Source of the DNA: Selaginella moellendorffii
Taxonomy: Eukaryota; Plantae; Lycopodiophyta
Reading direction: 5' to 3'
Assembly: GCF_000143415.4 (NCBI RefSeq)
Contig: NW_003314288.1
Location: 476,991-533,602, forward strand
DNA length: 56,612 nucleotides
This document shows, in pieces, positions 33,500 to 46,038 of the stretch. The position numbers and the translations under genes were made by a program. The notes beneath the pieces were generated by a model. It saw nothing but the letters and a program-made list of their open reading frames with translations. It made no database searches and was not told the origin of the DNA. Within the stretch, counting starts at the first letter, position 1, and every line of letters begins with the position of its first letter.

Positions 33500-35910
33500 A
33501 AAGCAAATAATGAAGAATATAAGGAAGACTGCAAACTTTCCTTTAAGAACATTATTACTAGTCAAAAAGTTCACTTTTTTTAGTAGTCTGACGTGTTTGT
33601 CTTTATAGCATAGAAAACAAGGAACTTCTTACTTGCTCCTCATAGTAGAGTATCACAGTGATAGAAGAAGTTTGAGCTTCTTCTCCATGCAATGGGCAAC
33701 ATTATAATCAAGTGGCTGTAGTGATTGATACAAAAGTTCTCCTGGATCTTGCTTGTTAGGCTGGCATGGCTAAGACACTGATAAAGGTAAGTTCTGCAAA
33801 GATTTAATAAGGTTTTGCTGGATTGTCCTTACTGGGCTTACAGTTAGATCATGGGTGATCAGGAGCTCACAGTTTTGCACAAGATTTGATCAAACATGTT
33901 TCTTGCTTGAGCTAGGATCCTTGATCTTCCATGGGTGGTGATCAATGCATTCACAAAAGGTGCCAGAATAAAATCCAACAGCTTAAGCACTTTCAAAAGA
34001 CACCCATTCTAGGCATTTGCAGTGATCATTGCATTCCAAGAGACCAAGGTCCTCTTGGTCAAAACTTCCTGCTAAGCTCATGATCACATTTCCAAGATTG
34101 AGCTCCATGTTTCTAGAATTCCTCTGTGAATTGTCACTTCTTTCTCATACTGCACAGGCCACAAATCACCCAATAAATCACCTCATGGAGGCTGCAACAC
34201 TCAATAGTTCTAGGACTGGCAGACAAGCCCTGTCCCATGGACAGCCACTGCTCCTTACGTGGGAATGTGCACATTACAGAGGTTCGTTTCTGTTTTCCAG
34301 TCTGTCTTTTAACTCCTCAAATGTCTTGATCATTATGAAGAAGGGAACCCATTGAAAAAATACAGTGTTGGGCAGACTGTTCGAGCTAAAATCCTTTCAA
34401 AACGCAAAACCAGTAGAAAGCACAGAAATGCTGCCACTTTGGATTTATCTCTACGTCCATCTGAGCTTGCAGGTCTATATGGTGGCCCTTTGAATTAGCT
34501 TACTTATCATGACTTGCAGGAAACGATGCTGCATGCTCAGTGATTACTGACCGTAACCATTGAACAGTCGATTATCAGATACGTTCAAGAAGTAAAGGAC
34601 AACTGGGCATGGCTAGTCCTCTCACCCCATCTTAAAGGCTGCCTTTTTTCGGAGCTTGAACGTTTTAAAGAGCGCTTCAAAGTCGGTGACCCGTTCCAGT
34701 GCCATATAAGAAGTGTTAACCACGAAAGGAAGCAAGTGGATTTTTCTCTACACCCGAAAACAAGTGACGAACAATTCAAGAAAGGCGACCTGTTAGGCCG
34801 ACGAATCACACGAGTTTTTGCTGGTGTTGGCGGACGTACTGTGCAAGGCAGATGGGAAAGTTTCGGAAAAGTTCATGTAACGATACATGGATTGATGACC
34901 CAGCCAGTTTATTTACAGAGGGATAGTTCGTAAGGTCTTGGATTTAAAACGACCAGGGAGGGGAAAGATGGGCTTGGAACTTTCAGTAAGTTGGTGGACT
35001 GGTGGTTTTGAGTCCCTTCCGAGCTATCAAACACTTGAAAGGTAACTTCCGAGATTTGCATTAAATTTTTTTGACTCTGCATCCAATGCTCGTATTGTCA
35101 ATTCCGTGTTGGAACTTAAGCAAGATATGAAGTGCAAGTAAGCAGAAACCTTGCATGCTGTGGACGTGACTTGTTTTTGTGTTGCAGGGTTTTGTCAAGA
35201 ATGTGACGGAGAAAGGTTGTTTTGTGGTCCTGGCACCTTGACTTGGATTCAAGTGATCATTTAGTTCATCACTTGAAGCTAGAATTCAACTGAAGAACCT
35301 ATCGAATTCGTTTGTACAAAACCCTGCAGAAATGTTTCCACCAGGCAAGGTGATCTCGGGAAGGTATGAACTTTTCTCTGTATGGAAGTGTTTGCTGATA
35401 TCTTCTTCTTCGTCAGAATTTTAAGCATTGAGCCATTGTCTGGGCACATTGAAATGTCTTTGGCGACAACAACATCACAAGATTCAAGTGGCTGGAAGAA
35501 GTTTGGTGCTGGAGAGATCGTTAGTGGCTGCATACACAACATTGAAGCATTTGGGATCTTCATCAGCCTTGCCGAGAGCGATGTGGTAAGCTCTCTCTCT
35601 ATCTTGGTTTCAAGTTCTTAGTCTGTGCTCCAGGTTGCTTGTGTCATGTCTCTGAAGTGTCTTACGATTTTATTCAAGACTTGTCAACACTTTACAAAGT
35701 CGGCCAATGGGTTCAAGTAAAGATTCTAAAGGTGAGAACGAAAGCTTTAGTAAAACCACAGGGTTATGATTTCCCTCTACAGGTTGATGCGGAAACCAAA
35801 CGTATATCTCTTGGAATGAAAGCGTCATATCTGACCCCTGAGGATGGCATCAAGCCGATGGAGGAAGAAGCTATAAATGAAGAGCCTTCAAACACAAATG
35901 TGCTCATGAG
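33500..35910 (+). pseudogene. RRP5: Intron-containing RRP5 (rRNA biogenesis, tandem S1 domains) pseudogene fragment
   Basis: S1-domain peptides VQEVKDNWAWLVLSPHLKG, GFVKNVTEKGCFVVLAP, GEIVSGCIHNIEAFGIFISL, CHVSEVS...YKVGQWVQVKILKVDAETKRISLGMKASY; stops and frameshifts; 5' boundary approximate. Confidence 0.8.
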
Positions 35911-35982
35911 GGAGGTGGATCTGGCATCAAAACGATTCCCACAGCTATGCATGTCAATTCACTCTCAACAAAGACGTGAGGA

Positions 35983-38900
35983 TGAGACAAATCGGGATCA
36001 AAGTGCATTGCGCTAGTGGACACAACAGGAAAACCCTAATGTCAACGTGGTGAGGGTGTGTCGTATAACACTTTCCCCCAAACCGAAGCCACTCACCAAA
36101 CCAAATCTGTCGTGTAGGAGCTGAAACTGGTGTGGCCCCAACAGCTTAGTGAGAAGATCGGCTGGCATGTCCTGTGTCCCGAGATGTTGGATGGCCAGGG
36201 TGCCACTGTCAACCAACTTACACACATAGTGAAATTGGACTTCAATATGCTTCGAGCGGGCATGGTGGATGGGGTTCTTGGACATGGCAATGCTGCTTCG
36301 GTTGTCACACCAAGAAGTAGTGGGGCCAGCTTGTGCACATCCCAGCTCAGCAAGTAACCCTTGAGCCCAGACCATGTCCCTGCTACCAGTAGTAAGTGCG
36401 ATGTACTCTGCTTTTGCACTAGAAAGGGCCACCATAGATTGTTTCTTGGAGGCCCACATGATGGCACCTCCTGAGAAGGAAAGGCAAATGCCTGAAGTTG
36501 AGCGATGACCTTTGTTGTTTGCAAAACTAGCATCCGTATAGCATGCTAATGATGCATCACCCCCTGAATAAACAATGCCATAGTCCATAGTGCCCCAAAG
36601 GTATCTCATGATACGCTTGGCAGTTTGCCAATGTATGGTGGTTGGTGATGTGTTGTACTGACTCAAGGCAATAGTTGCATATGTGATGTCAGAGCGAGTT
36701 ATCAGGGCCAAATATATGAGGCAACCAATGAGATGTCAATAGGGAGTCCCAGTGGGTAGAGGCTCACTAGACTGCTCAACTATGAGGTCAATAGCACCAA
36801 CGACCATCGGGGTTTTGATGGGGTGGCAATCACGCATACCAAACCGATCCAGCAAGACTTTGACTTTACATCGTTGGTTAAGCATGTAGCCACCAAACTC
36901 AGAATCACGTGTGCCTTCAAAGCCAAGAAAGTAGGAGACTTGGCCAAGGTCCTTCATCTGGAATTGCTAGCTGAGAGCATCTTTCAGAGTAGCAATGGCA
37001 TCGGTGTCATCACCTATGATGAGCAAATCATCAACGTAGAGGGCCACAATAAGCATGCGCTCAGCATGACCATTGACATACATATTGTGATCAGCATGAC
37101 AGCGATGAAAGCCTTGGTGGCATAAAATTTTTTATACCAAATACGGGAGCTCTATTTTAGGCCATACAAAGCTTTCCACAATTGCCATATAGGGCCACCA
37201 GGGGCAACATCGTCCTCAAAACCAGGAGGTATATGCATATAGATGTCCTCTTGCAAATCCCCATTCAGAAATGCAGTTTTGACATCCATATGGTGGACTT
37301 GCCATTTGCGAGCAGCCGCAAGTGCAAAAAGAGTACAGAGGCTGGCCATTTTTACAACCAGTGAGAATGTTTCATCATAGTCCAAAGCCATGGACTTGGC
37401 AAAAACCACGAACAACCAGCTGTGCCTTATAACGTACAACTTGACCATCTATCCCATACTTTTTGGAAAAAATCCATTTTGGATCCAAAACACATCGTCC
37501 TGGTGGCGCTGAATCAACTGGAACATAAGTTCCATTAACCCGAATGGAAGAAACTTCTTCCCCAATAGCTTCCATCTAAGATGAAGCCTCAGGTCCTGAG
37601 ACGGCCTCATGATAGGTCATGGGGATGCCAACGTCAACAAGGTCACAAAAGTCATCAAGCTCTATAGCATCTGCTTCAACATTTTCCTGGACTTTCAACG
37701 AGGGCCGACGTTCCCGGGGGTGATCAAGAACTGGCATCGGATCAGGCATGCCACGACGTCGACAAGGTGGTGGAGGTGTCAGAGGCCTGTCCTCAACTGG
37801 AGGAGCATCAGCTGGTTCAAGCATGTCCAAAAGTGGAGGATTCCCCAGTGGAATCTCTGGTGGCAACTCATGAATAGGATCTTGAGGTGGAGGCAAGAGT
37901 GGACCATCTCCCATAAGTGGGATCAAAGGAATAAGTCGAGTCTCAGCAATGAAAGAAGGATCTTGAAGAGCCTCTATACACATGGGAAAGTCAAACATGA
38001 CATCTATGCTTACAATAGCTTTGTGAGATGCAAGATCCCACAACTTCTAAGATTTTCTCCCGATGGTGTCGTCCTATGCATATCCCACGAAGATGAATTT
38101 TTTACTTTTGGGATCTAGCTTTTTCCAAAGTTGATCAGGGGTATGTGCATATACTGCACAACCGAAGACCTGAAAGTGGGACACATCAAGAGTAGAACCT
38201 GTCCAAAATGCCTCAAGGGTTTTTCCATCCAAAGCAGCTGTGGCAAGGTGATTTTGTACATGCATTGCTGTGGCTATGGCCTCTTGCCAAAACATCTTGT
38301 CAAGATATGCATCAGCTAACAAGGTGTGAGCAGCATTGACAAGAGTGTGATTCTTCCTTTTTGCAACACCATTTTGCTAGGGGGTGTAGTGGGCTGTGGC
38401 TTGTAGTCGTATGCCTACATCACGACAGATGCCCTGAAGCTCATTGTTGAGGTATTCACCACCACCATCAACTCGAAGAGCTTTTATCTTTCGACCAAGG
38501 AGGTTTTCAACATAGGCCTTGTATGTTTGAAAGGCAACAACTGCATCACACTTATGCATCAAGAAGTGGATGGATGTTCAACGGCTATAGTCATCAATGA
38601 ATGTGATGAAATATCTTACACCATCATGACTTGGCACGTCCATGGGGCCGCAAAGATCAGATGGACCAAGTCCAGAAGTCCAAGTGCTCGATGCTTACTC
38701 GGTGAGAAATTCCGGCAGTGATGCTTGCCTAAAACATAAGCTTCACAAAATGTAGATGGAATACGTCGGAAATCCAATCCAGTAACAATATCTTGGGATT
38801 TCATCCGTTGAAGTGATTGGTAATGAACATGACCAAGTCTTTTATGCCAAAGCTTTGCATGAGAATCTGCCTCCACAGTCTAAAAGGCCTAAACCGGGTC

Positions 38901-40263
38901 AGTAGCAGTAATCTCATACAAGTCCCCAATGTGTGACCCACGAAGCAACTGTGTACGAAGCATATAAAAGTCACTAGAGTCAAGTAAAGAGACTCCCTTT
39001 GCATCAAAGACTACCACTGCATTTTGATCACATATCTTGGCGATGGATATTAAGTTTCGTCGCAAGGTGGAAACGTGCATGGCATCATCAAAGGCCATGG
39101 TCCTCCCATGATCAAGTGAGAGCCGGAATTGCCCGATGCCATCTATGGGGATGGTGGCATTGTCACCTAAATGAACACCATGTTTTCCAATGCTTAGCTG
39201 ATAACATTCAAAAAGACTCCTTTTATTGCTCATAAGATTAGTACAACCAGAGTGTAAGAGCCACCGGCTTGGTGTGGCAATTGCCTCTGTGTTGTAGAGC
39301 TCCTCAATAGCCTCATTTGCTGTAGCAATTCCATCATGCTCGAGCAGATTGGCTTTTGCTGGCATAGCTAGTCGCTTGACAGGCTTGGGAGCAGGGCAAT
39401 CTCAAGCCCAGTGGCCCATCTCCAAGCAGCTGATTCTTAGCAAGTCTGGGCTTGGCACGCCCAGATGCCATGGAATTTTGCCCTTTCTGGGCATTTGCGG
39501 CTGCATGCAGTTTTGCCACCTGGGCATCACCAAAAGCCTGCGAAGCATACATAGCCTGCAGCATTTCAGCTCTCTCATTTGCATGGCCTCAATGTTGTGA
39601 AGACTCCTCACAACATCTGCCCAAGTCATCCCTGGTTGGAGAAGTAGGCTCTCAACTGCATTCTTCCAGCTAGCTGGAAAGAACCTGTAGAGCCACAGCC
39701 TCTGTTGCTCATCTGTGAGACAATGCTTCACCCCAGCAGTCGCAAGTTGTGTGAAAAAGCCCTAGAGCTTGGCAGTGTGAGTCTAGATACTGCCATTTTC
39801 CTCTAGCCTCAAGGAATCCATTTGTGAATGAATGTTGAAGACATCCATTTCACTCTTGGTGCCGTAGGTGTCACTCAGCCACTTCCAGAGCTCTGCCACA
39901 GTGGACTTTGGAATCGATGGGGCAGCAAAAAGAACATTCAAGGACAAGCACATCGCAATACTCCCTCTAGCCTTGGAATCCCGAAAGTTCCAATCATGCA
40001 CCTCAGCAGCGCTAGAGCCTGGAGCTGGTGATGACTCTGTCCCACCTACAATCCCCAACAAACCATGAAACAAGAGTTAGGATTCAAGATGGATCTTAAA
40101 TCCCTCAAACTCTTCTCCATCAATCTTGCAGATGGATGGCTTTCCTTCCATAGTGCTATCCCAGCTCCAATACCATGTAACAAATCAGGATTAAAGCACA
40201 CTGCGCTAGCAGACAGAACAGGAAAACCCTAATGTCTATGTGGCGAGGGTGTGTCATATAACA
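35983..40263 (-). mobile_element. Ty1/Copia LTR retrotransposon with 88-bp LTRs
   Basis: LTRs at 35983-36070 and 40176-40263; TSD GAGGA (35978-35982 / 40264-40268); degenerate iMet PBS TGGTATTGGAGC (40175-40164); PPT GGGGGAAAG at 36079-36071. Confidence 0.93.
36071..40152 (-). pseudogene. Copia gag-protease-integrase-RT-RNase H polyprotein, heavily disrupted
   Basis: WLLHSGCT; LWHKRLGH; LRVDGGGEY; KKLDPKS; MDVKTAFLNG; KALYGLK; MKDLG; YTDAS; WCDNRS; SKHIEVQFH; ADLLTK. Confidence 0.93.
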
Positions 40264-40370
40264 GAGGATACAGTGCCAATTGACTTGAAAGAGCAGAGTT
40301 ACTTCTTGTTTATATTTACTCTTCTCATGTCCTGCTTCTCAACAGGGAGGCTGCATATTTGCTATCAATG

Positions 40371-42150
40371 GGAGCCCATATTTGCTATCTTCTTGCATTT
40401 TGAGCCTTTCTCCCCTTCTGCCAGACTTTGTCTATAGGTGTCGACCATTGTAAGTATTCACGCACGTACGCTAGTCCAGAAGCTATCCAGGTAAGCCGTG
40501 TTCGTCCTATGTTTATCAGCGAATGGAAGTGTACGAATTTGCAAGAGTGACCGGCAATTCCCAGTTTATTTTACTTCCTTTTCAGCCATACAAGCTTATT
40601 TATGCGTCGATTCTTGCTGAAGCTCGAAAGATAAACGAAGCTTTAAGGTTGGTAGTGACTTTTAACTGTATGCTTCGTTAACACAAGGTTTCTCTTCGAA
40701 GGTAATGCCAAGTGGTGTTGAAAACATTGAAAACAGCAGGCCATGCAGCTGATGTGTGCAAAGAAGCGGCTGTAGCCTTGGAAGAGAGCCTCGTATCCAC
40801 TCTCAGGTTTGTAAGTGGACACTTGGCTTTTGTACTCACTTTCCTGTTATCCAGGGAGACTCAACGTCAATTGTGCAATGGTTTTTTGGCAATATTGGTC
40901 TACACAAGATGATAGGCCCGAAAGCTTCCGATAATGCTGATATTAATAACCGTCCCGCAACAGCTTCTAGCAGAAGCAGTGTATCACTTGCCTCATCGGC
41001 ATCAATGGAACCCATAAGTGATAATACGAGAAGATCCAACATGCCAGCGAGAAGCATTTCTGAGCCTGACTTTAGGCCTGCACAGGTAACTCGACTCGCT
41101 CTTGTGTACCTTCGATTAAGACTTGTATTCTTTCATCAGATCGTTAGTCCAGCTAAAGGAACGCCAAACAGAGGCGTCTTTACTTCTTTCGTGCAAAGAG
41201 CGATGGGCTTCATAAAAACACCTTCGAAGGAGGTTTGTAGAAGCTTTGGAAAGAGCACTAGCTGATTGATGGTCGGGTATGTGATGCAGGCAAAGCTTGG
41301 CGACAGCAACAAGTTTAGATATGACGAGACACTGAAGCACTGGGTTGAAGGAGGAGCCGAGGCACAAGCGCCAGAGCTTCCGTTGGCTCCTCCTCCCACA
41401 GCAAACAAGCTCGTCTCACGTGCGGAGGAGAACGGCACTCCTATTTCCATGTCACCGGAGAGACCACAGCCAACTCCAGAAAGGCCGCAACCGGTTGTGA
41501 GTGGAATCCCACCAATGCCTCCGAGCAGTAACCAGTATGCAGGTCGCGCACGTCAAAACGTTAGATCAAGGTACCGTTTTGGTCATTCCCATCACTCCAG
41601 TCTCACGAGGTTTTTGCAGATATGTCGCAAAGGTAGCGTAACACCATCCAAGACATCATCGGACTCTCCTCCACTGTTTGGCGTGGTGCCAAAGGCAAGC
41701 GCAAAGCCTTTGGCTCCAGCGAGATTTTTCGTGCCTGCGGCCGCTGCTGCCGCTGCTCCAGATATCAACAGCAAACATTGGGTGGATCCTTCCTCGGCAC
41801 TGGCCTTTGTCTCTGACACGGCGTTCTCAAACGGGAATGGAGCATTCGCTCAGCCGGTTGTACAGGATATGAGAAACGATCCGGGGCCAACGCCTGATCA
41901 TCTCTCGAGCAGCTCTTCGCCAGCAATGTTCTATTCGAATCACTATCCAGCACCACCGTCGACCGTCTCGTTGCCGCCACCTCCAGTGCTGGAAGTCACT
42001 CCGTCAGTGATGGTCGAGCAGCAGCAGCAATACCAACACCAGGAAAGTTCGATTCATCGGCACCACCATCAACAGTCTGGCACAGTGGGATTCGAAGCTG
42101 CCAGTTCCTCCGGAGTGTTTGGAGACGACTTGCAAGAGGTGGAATTGTGA
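40371..42150 (+). pseudogene. Uncharacterised lineage-specific gene (Pro/Ala/Gln-rich C-terminus), probably disrupted
   Basis: ORFs 40712-40912, 40756-41265 and 41266-42150 (TGA between the last two); no family recognised. Confidence 0.55.
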
Positions 42151-42280
42151 ATCACACTCCACAAGTAAGTAGTGTTGCTGGGTGGATTTTGGTAGAGCAG
42201 TGTAGCGAAGTAGTAGTCGTGGAAGGAGGAATTTTTTTTGGCTGGGGTGATTCTTTGGAGCCACGAGCGAAGCGAGGAAG
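40371..42280 (+). repeat. Right arm of the inverted duplication
   Basis: Reverse complement of 26588-26673 and 30652-32486. Confidence 0.9.
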
Positions 42281-42362
42281 CTCCTTAAAGTTGCTAGAGA
42301 AAGGAAACTCTTTAAAAGGCCTTGTGATGAATATACCTCGAATAATCTCCCGGATTTAAAAT

Positions 42363-43719
42363 ATGGCGCGCGTAGCTCACAAGGCATCGTCTTGGTGGGA
42401 TGAAACGCTGGTTGTCTACGCGCGGTGTGGGCATTTGGAGGAATCGAGAAGGATCTTTGATGCATTGCCGGCCAAGAACATTGCGTCGTGGACGGCGCTC
42501 GCGACTACGTATGCCGAGAGTGGGCATCCGGGGGAGGCCAAGGCAGCGTTCGATCGAATGGCGGTGTGGGACGTAGTTTCCTCCACTGTGATGGTCAAGG
42601 CGCTGGGCGATTGGGGGCGGATTGGATCGAGCAAGGCGGTGTTTGATGCGATGCCCGAGAGGAACTGCAAGACGTGGGCGGCGCTGCTGCGGGGATTTGC
42701 TCGCGGCGGAGAGATTGGGCGAGCGAGAGAAGTGCTGGATCGGATGCCCGAGACGAATGTGGTAGCGTGGACGATCCTCGTGCAGGGTTTCGCGCAGCAC
42801 AGGCGAGTGGTCGATGCGAAGGCTGCGTTTGATTCCATGCCCGAGAAGAGCAGCATCACTCGCGCGGTGATGCTCGTCATGTTTGCGGAGAATGGATTCG
42901 TGAGGAGGCGGAGGATGTCTTCCAGGAGATTGTCCACCGAAACGCGATCCTCTGGGGGGCGATGCACTGCTGCTATGCCCAAAATGGGGATTTGATTCAA
43001 GCCAAGAGTTTGTTTGATAGGATGCCTCAGCTCGGCGTACTTTCGTGGACGATTATGATCACGTCATACGCGAAAAACGGTGATGCTGATCAAGGAAAAC
43101 ACTTGTTTGAAGAAATGCCACACAGAGATCTTGTTTCATGGAACGCGATAATCGCTGTTTATGCCCAGAGAGGTCGTTTCAAAGAGGCGATCCGGGCGTT
43201 TTCTTTGGTTTGCTGCTGGGATTCCTATTCATGGAACACAAGTCTAGTGGTATATGCTCTAGATGAAATATTGGTGATGCTAAGTAAGCGTTCGATGAGA
43301 TGCCAACTTGGAACTTGGTCTCCTGGAACACGATTCTTGCAGCATATGCCCAGACCGGGCATGCGTATTCTGCGATCCAGCTCTTTTGGGCGATGTTTCT
43401 TCACGGCTTTGACCCCGACAAAGCAGCGTTTGCCATCGTTTTGACGGCGTGTAGCCATCTGGGGCTCGTCAAGGAAGCAGTAAGCTACTTCACGGCAATG
43501 AGCTTTGACAATGGATTGGATCCTTTACAAGACCACTACACCTGCATTGTTGATGCTCTCGGACGACTAGGGCGATTGAAAGAGGCCGAGGATGTCCTGG
43601 AGAATATGCCTTTGCCAGCAGATGGAGTTGCATGGGCAACGTTTCTTACCGCATGCAAAAACCACGGGGAGATGAATCGAGGGATGCATGCTGTGGAACA
43701 TGCCAGTCCAGCCTTGTGA
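42363..43719 (+). pseudogene. PLS-class pentatricopeptide repeat (PPR) gene with E domain, frameshifted
   Basis: Repeated YAxxGxxxxAxxxFDxMP...VVSW motifs; LTACSHLGLV...HYTCIVDALGRLGRLKEAE...WATFLTACKNHG; split across three frames. Confidence 0.9.
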
Positions 43720-45289
43720 GTGATGCATTGCCTTATGTGATGCTGGAGAACATCTTCAGAGCAGTTCAGACTTGATTCTTCACTGTTTTGATGTGTTGAC
43801 CCAAACATCGATTGTTGATATCCAGCCATTCCTCGACCCGCCCCATCCCCCATGGATGGAGAGCGGGACGCACAGAGATTGGGCATAGGAGAGTCTTCAG
43901 AATTCTATCTGGAGTGTTAAGTGCAGTGGGTTTTCTATAGCCAGCAACGCAAGATCCAATGCTGCTGTTGTGAATTTGAGCAGCAGCACTGCGCTCCTCC
44001 TGCTCCACATCAGTGCCATGCTAGGCGTGGCAATCCAGATTCTCAAGACCATGCCGGTGAGAGTCTATCATGAGCTCCTGTTGAAAGTGGGAAGTAGTGG
44101 TGTGAAATGCTTGCGTTTGAGGTGCGGGTGGAGATGGGCTTGATACCTCGTTCCCATTGCCTTCCTTGTATCCTATCTCCCTCGTTGCCTCCCGACATGC
44201 TTCATATGTTCTCCCCTCTGAGTTCCATATGTTATCCTCTCTGCTGGGCCTCAGCCCATTCTTGATATTTACAAAGGCTCCATTGGATGTTGATACAGTT
44301 ATTTCCTCCCGCCACTATTGCTGACATATTAATTCATGGTTTTAGAGTCTTGAGTAGAATGGGAGAGCAATAGTTGAACAATTTGGAGATTGTGTTCTCC
44401 ACTCAATGTCAGCAAAAGTTTCTGTATGATGGTTCTTAATTCAGCAAGGGGAATTTTACTGCTCCCACTCCACTTAAGCCTCTGAAACCAATTAAAAATC
44501 AAGGGCATTGGTCTTTAAATGAATTGTTGGCTCTGAATGAAGCAAAGAAGCATGATTTCTTCTTATAGCAGCGAGGTAGCATTCAGGAGGCACAAGACTA
44601 CAAACATTCATTGGTAACAAGTTTCCAAGTAAGTTTTAGATTTTTTAGACTTCTAGTCATTCACAAAGTTTTCAGCTATTGTTTGACATATGGTGTCAAC
44701 CATTTGCCTGGGCAATGCCAATCTCATTGGTTCAAGCTGGTTGAGGAAGAAGTCCTACACACAACTTGCAGAACAACTTGCAGGAGCGCTGTGTAACAAC
44801 AATGTGAGCCTCATTGATACAATGGAAAATAGCTAGAAGGAAATTTGTTGTCATAATCTGAAGAAGGAAAAATTCATGGAGCGTATTCTGGCTGTGGATA
44901 GCCAGATGGTGAAGAGTGTGGATCAAGTAGCTTAAGCCTTGTTTGAAATTGCTGATTCTTGGGTAAGTCAATTCATTTTCTTATTCATGAACTTCACTTT
45001 TGTAGTTTACAGTGTCACTGATTACTATCTCTGAAGCAACGAGAGAGATGATGAATTGATGAAGATGTGATGATTTACCTGATTAACAATTCTATATCAG
45101 CATTCCCACCTTGCATTGCCACTGCCAATATCCTTGGATCGATTCCATCAATTTAGATAGAGCATTTTTGTTGGAAGGACATGAGCGTTCATATAAAGCT
45201 GTTTGTATCAGTTGTCTGGCAATAGAAACACAAATGGATCAGAGTTAGATTGAAAGGAAAGAAAAAAAGAACTTTGCAAGAGTAAGTAC

Positions 45290-45545
45290 CAAGAATGCCA
45301 CACTGCCAAATGACAATCTTTGTGTATGGTTGATTGAATCCCCTCTCAATGACCACTGCTCAGGTATTGCCTATAAGCTTGGCAATGCTGTGGGGATTCA
45401 AGATGAGATTTTTCCCAAGGAACAAAGAGAAGAAAATACATACTGGAAGTAAAGATTGTTTGTGTTATCTTTGACCACCCTGGTACTCACAATTTTCCGG
45501 ACAACATCCAGGCCTTCTACCACCCGCCCTACCACCAAATTCATT
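45290..45545 (-). pseudogene. C-terminal fragment of a chloroplast cyclophilin (CYP26-2-like)
   Basis: NLVVGRVVEGLDVVRKIVSTRVVKDNTNNLYF, intron, then IAKLIGNT*AVVIERGFNQPYTKIVIWQCG, resembling the CYP26-2 C-terminus as recalled. Confidence 0.7.
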
Positions 45546-46038
45546 GGGAATTTCAAAGAATTCGTTGGGAAACCATGTAGGATCCCAACTTCTAGTGATA
45601 GAACAGCTTCAATGGCCTCAAGCTGCATTCCCTTGCGTCATCAGCCTCAAGCTGCATTTCCAAGCGTCTTCTGCAGCGCCATTCCAAATCATTTTCTTCC
45701 CTCTTCCTCTTGCTGCAAGACGACTCAACATGCAATCATTTAATCATTTTAAAACCTTCCCTATGAGAAGAATGGAAACGAACCTGACTGTTAGAATCAG
45801 ACCAACACTGGCAGCAGCTGTGACTCTAAACTCATCATAGCCCCCCTCTCTCTGCTCTCAGCCAACTTCTCTGCTGCGCCCACGTTCAAGCCCTATACTG
45901 AAATCTCCGAATAAAAACCTGGAAAAATAAAACAAAACTTGTATCTGTGAGCACGCTAAAATAAATAAATTCGTGAGCTTCAAGTGGATTTGTTTAAGTC
46001 TACTATATAAGTAATGAGAATGTTCCTAAGCTCCGTAG

